A DNA stretch of 63,521 nt, filler included. It is 10 parts of 10 records of this genome, joined end to end, with 100 filler letters (N's around TTAATTAATTAA, not from the genome) between each part and the next. Parts side by side here need not be neighbours in the genome. Positions count along the whole stretch, not along the records: positions 12,660 to 17,177 come from SRR7504441_4776; positions 17,278 to 24,662 come from SRR7504441_4777; 8 more parts are not named here. One strand, 5' to 3'. Positions within the stretch are counted from its first letter, which is position 1, and every line of letters starts with the position of its first letter. A model generated the notes under the pieces. The model saw only the letters and a list, made by a program, of their open reading frames with translations, searched no databases and was not told where the DNA came from. The position numbers and the translations under genes were made by a program. Shown here piece after piece: positions 13,139-22,132 of this stretch.

Positions 13139-13882
13139 TCACAGTGCGCCTTCTGGTGTGTCCGGAAGCAAATTGGCCGTGAAGCCGAGGCCGGCCAGCT
13201 GCACGCCCGCTGACCACACGTCTGATGGGATGTCTTGAGCGATTTGATACTCTGTGGGTGGCTCCGCATACCGTTTCAGCCGCTGCAAATCGCCCACCAT
13301 GATCGCGATGATATCCGCCACGCTGATTGGTGTGCCGAGTGGATACTCGTCCCAGGAAAGAGGCGGCGACGCCACTGCAATCACTGGCCTTGCGCCGGCC
13401 TCCTCAGGCCATTGCTTCATGAACGCGGCGAAGGCCCTCCTCTCCATGAACGGTTTCTGCACCACAATCATGCGGGCCACCGCCGGCAGCTCAGGCTCAT
13501 GAGCCCGCCGCTGCTGCAGCAGGGCGTGCACAAATCGGATGTTCTCGCCGCTGTTGCTAGAGTCGCATTCCAGCAGCATGGCCTCTCGGGGCACCCCGCA
13601 GCGCGCAGCCTCCTCGGCCATCACCTCGGCCTCGCTCCGCTCCCACCCGAGCAGGTTCCTGCCCGAGTGCGGCCCCGTCCCGACCCCTCCGGAGAACACC
13701 AGCAGGGGGGCCAGCCCGCGCGCGAAGAGCTCAGCCGCGTATGCGGCCACCCGCAAGTCTGAGCTCCCTAGGCACACGATGGCGTCGCTCGGCCGCAGCT
13801 GGTGCCCCATCCGCATGTACTCGTACACCGTCCGCGCCGCGCCGTCGACAGCGGCCGAGTCGGCTGACTCCCTCGGCTGCAT
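13139..13882 (-). CDS. YdcF/ElyC/SanA (DUF218) family protein
   Basis: DAIVCLGS, LVFSGGVG, SEAEVMA, SSNSGENIRF, VQKPFMERRA. Intronless. Start placed at MQPRES because the longer ORF overlaps the divergent gene. Confidence 0.85.
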   Translation of the reverse strand: MQPRESADSAAVDGAARTVYEYMRMGHQLRPSDAIVCLGSSDLRVAAYAAELFARGLAPLLVFSGGVGTGPHSGRNLLGWERSEAEVMAEEAARCGVPREAMLLECDSSNSGENIRFVHALLQQRRAHEPELPAVARMIVVQKPFMERRAFAAFMKQWPEEAGARPVIAVASPPLSWDEYPLGTPISVADIIAIMVGDLQRLKRYAEPPTEYQIAQDIPSDVWSAGVQLAGLGFTANLLPDTPEGAL

Positions 13883-13924
13883 CCTCGCTCTGCGCACTTT
13901 GTTGGGGGTGACGGGCCGAGCAGC

Positions 13925-14730
13925 ATGCTGCCTTCGGCGGGCGGGCGGGCCGAGCAGATCCGGCGGCTGGACGCGCTGCTGGACGCGCAGCTGCCGCTGG
14001 CCCAGAGCGCCGGCCCGTTCCCGTCGGCAGTTGAGCTGCTCGAGCTGCAGGCGGCGTCGGCCGCGGACGAGGTGGCCCGACTGACCAAGGCCAACGCCGA
14101 GCTCGAGCGGCGGGTCCGGGCCGGGGCGGCGGCGCACGTGAGCGGGCGGGCGCCCGGAGGCTGAGCGGTGGGCAGGCTGTTACCACGGAGGAGCTACAGG
14201 CTGCGGTGCGGCGTGCGGGTGAGGCGCAGGGGGTTCTGAGTGCGCAGCTGGAGGATGTCTTGAGAGAGAGGGAGGAGCTGCGCGGCCAGCTGGGGGAGCC
14301 GGAGCTGGAGGGGAGTCGGTTCGTGCTGCAGCAGTCGGTAACGGACTCCGGGCTGGCCGAGGGGCTGGCCGGGCTGCATCGGGAGTTTGAGGCCGGCAGG
14401 TCGCAGTTGCAGGTGGGCGGGCCGGCGGCGGGGCGCCGACAGGGCGCAGGAGGCGCACAGGGAACTCCGGGAACTGCGGCGACAGAACCGGGCGCTTCAG
14501 GCGGAGAAGCAGGCGACGGAACAGCGGTGCAGCGAGGAGGTTGGCTGCTGCGCCGGCGGCAGGCAGGACAGCGGGCAGGTGGCGGCGGCTAGAGCGGATA
14601 AGCGAAGGCTCGAGGGTAAGCTGGAATCGTCGCGCCGGGACCTGGAGGCGAGCGCGCCGCAGCGTCCTAGCTGAGGCTGGTGCTTCAGGAGCTGAAACTT
14701 GTGTTAGAAGCGGAGCGCGCGAGATATTGA
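13925..14730 (+). CDS. Coiled-coil protein, 5 exons
   Basis: E/L/R/A heptad-rich frames joined by introns 14138-14175, 14413-14449, 14540-14578 and GC-AG 14648-14688; ends ARY*. Confidence 0.65.
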
Positions 14731-14889
14731 GGCACCACCGTGAGGTCACGAGTGAGGTTGTCGTTTAAATAATTGTCGTGCATGCGAGTGGATTCCTAAC
14801 CAATTCAATTCGATGATTTCGCATTGTTCATGTATGGCGCTACTAAATACGGATCACCAAGAATCAATCTACAGTGTAATGAAATCTAA

Positions 14890-15747
14890 CTAATATAAGT
14901 CATCGTCATCTTCCTCAGGTACCAGTACTTCAGTCTCTTCGAGCATCATTTGGCGCAAAGTCTCTTTATCCTCGATCTCGTGCACTTCGGGCTCGGATGC
15001 GAACGAAATTCGCCTCCCCTCCCCCCCAGCATACTCCATGGTCACCGTCTCCGTCAGAACAGCCTGCCCTTCATTCCACTCCGCAGGCCCGCTCCCCTCC
15101 CTCCGCCTCGTCGCTACCCGAGTCGCCGCGTCAGGCGGCGAGGCAACCCAGGCCTCCGCATCCGCCGTGGCTTCCATCGCTCGCTCCTCCGCCTCCCTCA
15201 GCCGTGCATCCAGCGCCTCCGCGCTGTCGCCCATCACCATGTCCACCGCCTCCTGCGCCCGCCTCTCGGCCGCCTCCGCCCTCGCCTCGGCCTCCGCCAG
15301 CCTCCGCTCCAGCTCAGTGGCTGCGTCGTCCTCCAACAGCGCATCCACCGCTTCGTCCGCACGCCGCTCAGCCTCCTCCACCCGCCGCTCGGCCTCCACC
15401 AGCTGGGCCCGCAGCTCGTCCTGCGCCAACCAGGCGTCCACCGCCTCGTCCGCCCGCTTGTCTGCGGCCTCCGCCCGCTGCCCCGCCCGCAACAGCGCCG
15501 TCTGCAGCGATCGAGCCCGCCAGCGCCACACCATCCGGCCAGTGGCGGCCTGGCTGCCGATCGGACCGCTCAGCGCCGAGTTGTAACCTACCAGCCAGGC
15601 CACCAGCGCAGCAGCCGCGTGCGGCCCCGCTGGCGAGAGCGGGGTGCACAGGGGCGAGTGGTCGAGCAGTAGGGCCGCGTCCTCCGGCTGGGGCCCCGGG
15701 ACCGGGCGCCAGCAGCAGCCGGCCCAGTCCCCGAGCCACCAGCTCAT
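14890..15747 (-). CDS. Coiled-coil protein with three RADEAVD-type repeats, RVxF-like motif and acidic tail
   Basis: Repeats AERRADEAVDA; C-terminal RRISFASEPEV; start at MSWWLG. Confidence 0.65.
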   Translation of the reverse strand: MSWWLGDWAGCCWRPVPGPQPEDAALLLDHSPLCTPLSPAGPHAAAALVAWLVGYNSALSGPIGSQAATGRMVWRWRARSLQTALLRAGQRAEAADKRADEAVDAWLAQDELRAQLVEAERRVEEAERRADEAVDALLEDDAATELERRLAEAEARAEAAERRAQEAVDMVMGDSAEALDARLREAEERAMEATADAEAWVASPPDAATRVATRRREGSGPAEWNEGQAVLTETVTMEYAGGEGRRISFASEPEVHEIEDKETLRQMMLEETEVLVPEEDDDDLY

Positions 15748-15777
15748 TGCTTGCCAAGCCAACGGCTTCGGGCGGCA

Positions 15778-16380
15778 ATGGCCAGGGTGGCGAGGCTGGC
15801 CAGAGGGCCCGGGCTGCTGGTGCTCTGGCTGATAGTCGGGGCAAACGCGGGCGGGGAGGAAAAGTATGACGGAGTCAACCCGGGCCAGTCGACCAGCGGG
15901 AGCTACTCGGGGACTTTCCAGGAGTTCAGCGACCCAGCGTGCGCCACCAAGGTCGGGGCCGAGTACGTCCTGGAGGGCCAATACGAGGACTCCCAGTACC
16001 AGTGGGACACGTGCACGGCCAACAACACCGGCCCGAGCTACGCGTACACCTACAACTCCAAGACCTACCAGATGTTCTCGTGCGACAACAATAACGGGGC
16101 GGGTGGGGTGATCACCACAGAGTGCACCGGCGACTCTCGGCTGTGCAGCCTGTGCTACGGGAGCACAACCAGCTGGTCCATGACCGGCACCCAGTACCAG
16201 AAATTCATCAACGGCCAGTGCTACTCCTGGACTCAGGGCGACGGGCTCACCAAGTACGCCATCAACACTGTCGGCTCCAGCGGATACCCCAAGTGCAATG
16301 GCGCCGCCGGCCCAGCCAGCTCTCTTGCGACCCTGCTCGTGGCAGCGCTGGCCTCCTGGGTGCTCTGCAGCTACCAATGA
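15778..16380 (+). CDS. Secreted Cys-rich, probably GPI-anchored surface protein
   Basis: N-terminal hydrophobic signal, Cys/Thr/Tyr-rich body, small residues followed by a hydrophobic C-terminus (NGAAGPASSLATLLVAALASWVL). Confidence 0.75.
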   Translation: MARVARLARGPGLLVLWLIVGANAGGEEKYDGVNPGQSTSGSYSGTFQEFSDPACATKVGAEYVLEGQYEDSQYQWDTCTANNTGPSYAYTYNSKTYQMFSCDNNNGAGGVITTECTGDSRLCSLCYGSTTSWSMTGTQYQKFINGQCYSWTQGDGLTKYAINTVGSSGYPKCNGAAGPASSLATLLVAALASWVLCSYQ

Positions 16381-16559
16381 AGCCTCGGTGCCGATTCACT
16401 TATGATTTGAATGAGGTTTAATTAATATTAAAAAAAATATCCGTCGACGTTTCATCAGTTGACCAAAGGCCATAATTATTACAAAGGCCACAGTTCGGAT
16501 CAACTGAATCGCGACTGAAGTGAAGGCAGGCAAACACATGCCGCCTGCGGGGGCCAGCA

Positions 16560-17177
16560 CTATCGCGGCCTCTGGCGGGTTGGGGTGGGAGGTCTCTGCC
16601 GGTTAGACTCGAGCCACTCACTCATGTCTGGCAACTGATTCTTATTGCTCGGCTGGATCACTTTGAACCTAATCGAGCCGTCCTGGCCTGCCCCAGCTCT
16701 AAGCACGGCCGGCCAGCAGGCGCGCGCACCCACGAGGCACACTGCGCCGGCGTTCCCTTCTATGCCACAATAGTTTGTAGCTGAAAATATGGTGATCAAG
16801 TGCCCTGAAGCAAAGACCTGCCGGCCGTCTCAGTCGACAGCCCAGCCCGGCCCGGCACCTCGAACCCGTCCATCACACACTGGTGCGCCCGGATGATGCA
16901 CATGAGTTCGTTCCGATCCAGAAACTCGCGCACTCTATCTGGTCCGAACGCAGACGAAACACCTGCACTAAAGTAAGCACTCGCGCTACTGGTGGGAGCA
17001 CCTCGCGGGCTGTCGTGCCCACCCTCGATCGCGTCAGACTCTGTCGGGTCTGACCACAGCAAGTCGATCACGACCTGCTGACCAGTCAAACCAGCCCGTG
17101 CAAGGTCGGGCACCGGGCCACTGTCCATGCATGAACGTCCCCTCGGGGCGTCGAGGATATCCGACAGACTCCTTGAG
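16560..17177 (-). CDS. PPP Ser/Thr phosphatase, BSU1/PPKL type (C-terminal part; truncated by contig end)
   Basis: DLLWSDPT, FGPDRV, IIRAHQCVMDGFE, ITIFSATNYCG..NAGA and tail W..NRQRPPTPTR typical of PPKLs. Introns 17075-17113, 16963-17001, 16818-16858, 16688-16729. Confidence 0.85.
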
Positions 17178-17277
17178 NNNNNNNNNNNNNNNNNNNNNNN
17201 NNNNNNNNNNNNNNNNNNNNNTTAATTAATTAANNNNNNNNNNNNNNNNNNNNNNNNNNNNNNNNNNNNNNNNNNNN
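17178..17277. other. Artificial contig spacer
   Basis: N44-TTAATTAATTAA-N44. Confidence 0.98.
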
Positions 17278-17711
17278 AAGGTGTACTCCGGAGTGATCTC
17301 AGCCACCAGTGAGCCGTCGTCTCCAGTGACGTTGGTGATCCGCTGGCCGTTGAACCCGAGCGGGAGGAACCCGCCCTCGGCCAGCTTGTACACCATGTAC
17401 CGGTATGCGAAGCAATGGTCGATAGACGGCGGGATGTCGTAGATCCCGTTCAGCTTCTTGGCCGGGTTGTATCCTGTCCAGTTCGCCCACCAGGACTCAA
17501 CCCGCGCGTCTTGATCGGGGCTCGGCCACTTGGGGTCGGGCGTCGGCTCCTCGTAGTCCATGCACAGCTGGCTGGCGTGCAGCGGAGCTGTTCGGTCCGT
17601 CGAGTTGCAGCACTCGTGCGCTTTGTAAGACTGCTTGAGCGTGCGGCAGGTGTGCGCGTGCCCGTGCAACCCCAGCGTCAGGGCAATCACCAAAGTCAGC
17701 AGGCGCGCCAT
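17278..17711 (-). CDS. Secreted protein, N-terminal part (TCxxLKxxYKxxxCC motif)
   Basis: Signal peptide MARLLTLVIALTLG; frame open to the contig end. Confidence 0.7.
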
Positions 17712-17868
17712 GGCCTCAGTTATTATTGAAGGGATTATTGATTATTAGGGAATCCGGCTCGCAGGCCTTTTCGGGAATTCCAAGTCAAATTTAAGATCTA
17801 TGTGTACACACATAGATAGTACGTAATAAGGTTCACACACACACTGACTGATGCTAGTACGTATAGAT

Positions 17869-18587
17869 TTAGTAGACATTGCCTAAGGCTTTTCTAGGTC
17901 GCCCGTTACCTGTGAGTTTCTGAATCAGTTTCACGCTACTCGTCTTGGGTCTCGCAGGCGCGTTGGCAACCCCTCCCGAATGCCGCGGCGTCTTGAGCCC
18001 ATTCTGAACACCTTGCTGACCGTGTACTAATCGACATCCGTCAAACGTGGTTACATCTTGCTCTTGCGCTTGGAACACCACCGGCTTTTGCTGGGATGCA
18101 TATCGAGTCAACTGTGGCATGTCTGAAAAAATGATTGGCTGGGCAGAACTTGTCTGGAGCGCCTCTCGCGGCAGCGCTGGGGACAGTCGACCCTGGAAGG
18201 CCACCAGGTCATCAAACCATAGCTCGAGTTCATACACTCCCCGCTGTGGCGTTTTCGCATAATTCCAGAATTGGATCATCGAGATGGTAGTGGAAACCTT
18301 TGAGGCGAGTCCGGATAGGACGAAGACTGCGACGACTTCGAACGGGATAGCTTCCTTTCCCAAAACAGCTTGATTGAGTCTGCCGAGCCTGTGGAGCCTG
18401 TGGAGCACACTCAGATAGTGGTCAGCGCCACGGTCGCAGATCCGCCCAGGCCCAGGCCACAGTGGCACGCAGAACGCTCTCAGTCATGATGTTGACGGTT
18501 CTTCTGCTGGATCAGCGCAATGTAGTCGCTGTTCCGCTTCTGGTGGCTGGAGTCGCCCTCCGGCGAGCAGCCGGCGTCGTCATCCAT
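17869..18587 (-). pseudogene. KATNIP (KIAA0556)-like gene, miniature or internally deleted
   Basis: N-terminal YIALIQQKNR and C-terminal ISMIQFWNYAKTPQRGVYELELWFDDLVAFQG...QAQEQDV resemble the two ends of KATNIP. The parts are separated by a TGA (18480-18482) and a frame change that I could not resolve with a typical intron. Confidence 0.55.
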
Positions 18588-18788
18588 TCCACACCAGCCG
18601 TCTGGCTCCCTACCCTCGCCGCCAGCCGCCCACAGCAGCACCGGCTCAGGGCCCCCCGGGATTCACACTGTTCTAAAACAGGCAACTGAATCCTAGATCT
18701 AGACCTCTCCGTGCCAGTGTGTAGCTAATCAGCGGCCGGCCGCACGCTGCTGGGCTGCCCGCACACGCGGCCCACTCCCAGCCAGGGG

Positions 18789-19264
18789 ATGCCCCCGCAG
18801 GCCGAGGCGGCGGGCGGGAGCTTCGCGGCGTCGTGCGACGCGCAGCTCCAGTGCGTCGGTTGCCAGACGGTGCTCGGCTTCCCGACCGGAGCCCGCCAAG
18901 TGCAGTGCCCGCTCTGCCTGGCCGCCAACTGGACCAACGAGCAGATCGTCCGGTGCCCCCGGTGCGGCTCCGACCTGATCTTCCCCGCCGGCGCCCCGAG
19001 CATCATCTGCGGCGTCTGCGACATCACCCTGCACACAGCCGGCAACGGGCCGGCCGCCCCCACCCGGATCCGGCGGCCGCGCCCGGTCAGATCGGTGCCG
19101 CACGGGCCGGTGATCGTGGTGCGCAACCCGGCGGTGCCCGGGCCGGACGGCAAGGTGCGTGGGGTGTGCGGTGGGGGGGGGGGGCTGAGGGCCGGCAGAT
19201 GTGGCATGAAGTGGCGCTGGCCAAGCTGGTGGAGGGACCGCTGCCCGAGCTGCCCGAGAGCTGA
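18789..19264 (+). CDS. LSD1-type zinc finger protein (two fingers)
   Basis: CVGCQTVLGFPTGARQVQCPLC and CPRCGSDLIFPAGAPSIICGVC; tail VIVVRNP..DGK as in plant LSD1; intron 19155-19198. Confidence 0.8.
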
Positions 19265-19337
19265 GCACCAGCAGCTCCTCCCGGCTCACACCGAGCCTGC
19301 GGGGTGAGCGGCGCAACTAACCAGCGTTCTAGATTTA

Positions 19338-20147
19338 TTACGTAGAATGGCCAACTAATTGAGCAGTTGAGTCGGAGTCGACCATCGCTGCGCCGGCCAC
19401 CATCACCGTCATATCTATGGGCTCCTCCCGGCCGATCTCGGGCTGGGCCCCGACCACTTTAATCTCGTCCAAGTAGAAGAAATGCTCCGCATTCGCCCGT
19501 GACCGCCAGCGCAGCGTGACCGGCCTGTCAGGTTCCGGCTTGGGCACCGTCTCCTCCACCTGCAGCGCAGTCAGCCCAGCCGCCGGGCCCTGACCATCAG
19601 CCAGTTTTGCCCGAACAGCGCCCCGTCGTACGTGCGTATCGGCCGCCAGTGCCGCCCGTCCAGCGAGACCTCCAGCACCAGCACCTGCGGCGGCTCCAGC
19701 GGGGCCTCCAGCGCCCCACCGCCCCAGTGCCGGCCACCGTGCTGCACTGCTCGCCGCCGGCCCCACTGGCGTGGAACTTGCCTGCCCGGGCCTCGGCCGC
19801 TGCTGTAGGTCCAGCCACCTGCGGAGAGGAAGAAGCGTATGGCCACCGCCGGGATCGGCTGAGTCAGTTCGGCGCTCCCGCCCTCCAGGAAGAGCAGCGC
19901 CAGCGCCGAGTTGTTGGCCCCGCCGCCTGCCCGGCCTCCGCCCGGCCCGCCCGGCCCGGCACCGCAGTTGCCGTCCACCAGCACCGACTGCCACCGCCAG
20001 CCCGGCCTACCGCCGCCGCGGCTCTCGAAGCTTTCCTCGAACAAGGTGCGCACCCCGCCGGCCGCCAGCCTGCCGCAGCTCCGCCCCCACCCCCGGCCCG
20101 CCGCACCACAGCCACCCGAACACCGCCCACCGGAGCCCGGGCTGCAT
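19338..20147 (-). CDS. Secreted beta-sandwich protein (reelin-subrepeat-like)
   Basis: After splicing 20070-20106 and 19560-19594: signal peptide, LFEESFES, LEVSLDGRHW, VTLRWR, FYLDEIKV. Confidence 0.6.
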
Positions 20148-20241
20148 ACGCCACTGCTGGGGGCCTGCCGTCGCGCAAGCAGGCCCGCCACTGCTGCCCG
20201 GTGTCCCGACCCTTTCTGCGATCGTGCCCGGGCTCTGAGCG

Positions 20242-21755
20242 ATGCGAGGGCTGCTGCTGCTGGGCGCAATCAGCGTCATGGCGCTCTCGCTCACCTTCGA
20301 GCGGCTGGTGCTCGACCGCCCGCCACCGGCCCCAGTCCAGCCGGCGCCAGCCCAGCCCCAGCCGGCGGGTGGGGCGGTGCACCGGCCGCGCGGGGCGACC
20401 TCCGCGTACACAAGGGCCCAGGCCGAGCTGGTGCACGCCGCCTGCGACCGGGACCAGAACGGTGGGCTGAGCGTGGACGAGCTGGCGCTGGTGCTCCCCG
20501 TGATCGGCGTCAGGCTCGGCCGGGCCACCATGGACCGGGCGCACAGGCAGGCCGGGGCCGGGGGCCGGGGCTGACGGGGCGCAGGGACGCGGATCTAAAC
20601 AGAGACGAGCAGTTGGACCTGGACGAGCTGCTCGAGCTGATCAATCTGGAGCGGGGCCCGGCCCAGCGGGCCTGGCGGATGTTCAGCTCGTTCGGCTGGA
20701 TATTCCTGCTGCTGCTGGTCGTGTCCAACGCGCTCTGCATAAGCTGGGTGGAGGGCCGGATGTACTCGTCGGTGGGAGCCTACTCGCGGTACATGGAGCT
20801 CGGATCGGCCGAGCAGCGCGGCTGGGAGGCCAAGCGGACTCAATTCCTGTCCAAGGGCGCGTTCCGAGGCCGGCTTGTGTGGTACGTGAGCTCGTACGTC
20901 GGAGGGATGGCCGCGGTGGTGGCCGGCTCACTCTTCGGCGGATCGATCGGGCTGGACATGGCCTGGTGGTTGCTCGCCGCGCTGATGATAGCGCCTGTCT
21001 GCTCCTGGCTGCTGCTGCGGATCTTGGATTGGCTCAACAGCAAGCGCAAGAGGCGACAGCACACTTGGCACCGACTGATCCGACCGGCAGGCTGCTGCAC
21101 AAACGCCGGCTCGGCAGTTCCAGAATGAAGCAGAGCAAGCGCCGGTACGAGCGGCAGCAGCTGGCCGACCAGCAGAGCAGGGCCAGCCGTTCAGGCCCTG
21201 TGGTGGGCGGCTCGCGCAGACCCGGCAGGCGAGCCGGCCTCTCTAGCTGCAGCTGAGCAGTGCTCAGGGTCCCGAGGGCAGAGATCCCAAAGCGCCGGAC
21301 CCAGATCCGCTCCGGACTCGACGAGCGCTCGAGTGCAGTGGCGGCCGAGTGCAAGCAGTTGGAGGAGGAGATAGAAACTCTCGAGTCGGCGCTGCGCGAG
21401 GTGCACTGAGTGTGAGCTTGACTGAGCCCGGAGGCAGGAGGAAGCCAGCGACGATTTGAGAGGCCGGGCCGAGGTGCAACTGGGCCAGCTGAGGCGGCAG
21501 CTGGAACAGATCAAGCCAGCGCCGAGTGCAGCCGCGAGCCTGAACAAGACTGCAGATCAAACCGGCGACGATCTGCAGCTCGGGGTTGTCGATTCTGTCC
21601 AAGAGCGACTCAACGGCCGAATAGATAAACACAGGCGCGAACTGGCAACGCTCAAGACCGCAAAGGAACGAGCGGAGGCCCAAAAGCAAATTGCGCAGCT
21701 CCAAGGAATGCTCGATGAAGTGGTGCCTCAAATCAAAAATGCTGTTGGAGCATGA
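20242..21755 (+). CDS. Membrane protein with two EF-hands, about 3 TM helices and a C-terminal coiled coil
   Basis: DRDQNGGLSVDEL, DLNRDEQLDLDEL; introns 20547-20584 (GC-AG), 21053-21090 (GC-AG), 21229-21267 (GC-AG), 21401-21437. Confidence 0.7.
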
Positions 21756-22132
21756 AGACGTCAGATCCTGGCAGATGACAATTGATCATGCTTTGATCAT
21801 CTATTGATCATCCATGGGCAGCACCAACTTAAAAATTCGGTATCGATTAATGCGCCGGCCACGACTGCCAACAAGATTTCAATAGTAACGACAACGTAGC
21901 AACAGCGCAGCCTTCCAGAACATAAATGATATTATAACACTCGAAAATCTAAAACGCTACTTGTAGTTTAGCTAGCAAAACAATCCAAATGATCCTAAAC
22001 TTTATATTGGACTTCGTAGAGCGAAGATCAAGATGAATCAATGTGTACCACTGACAATCATTGAAGTCGGCATATAATTGAAGTTCGAGAAGCACAACGG
22101 AAGGCAATTCAAGACACGGCAACATGTGCAAT

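Noticed and set aside
12780-13217. 145-aa minus-strand ORF downstream of the YdcF gene
   Set aside because: Overlaps the YdcF 3' end, has no ATG start or motif, and runs into palindrome-rich non-coding DNA.
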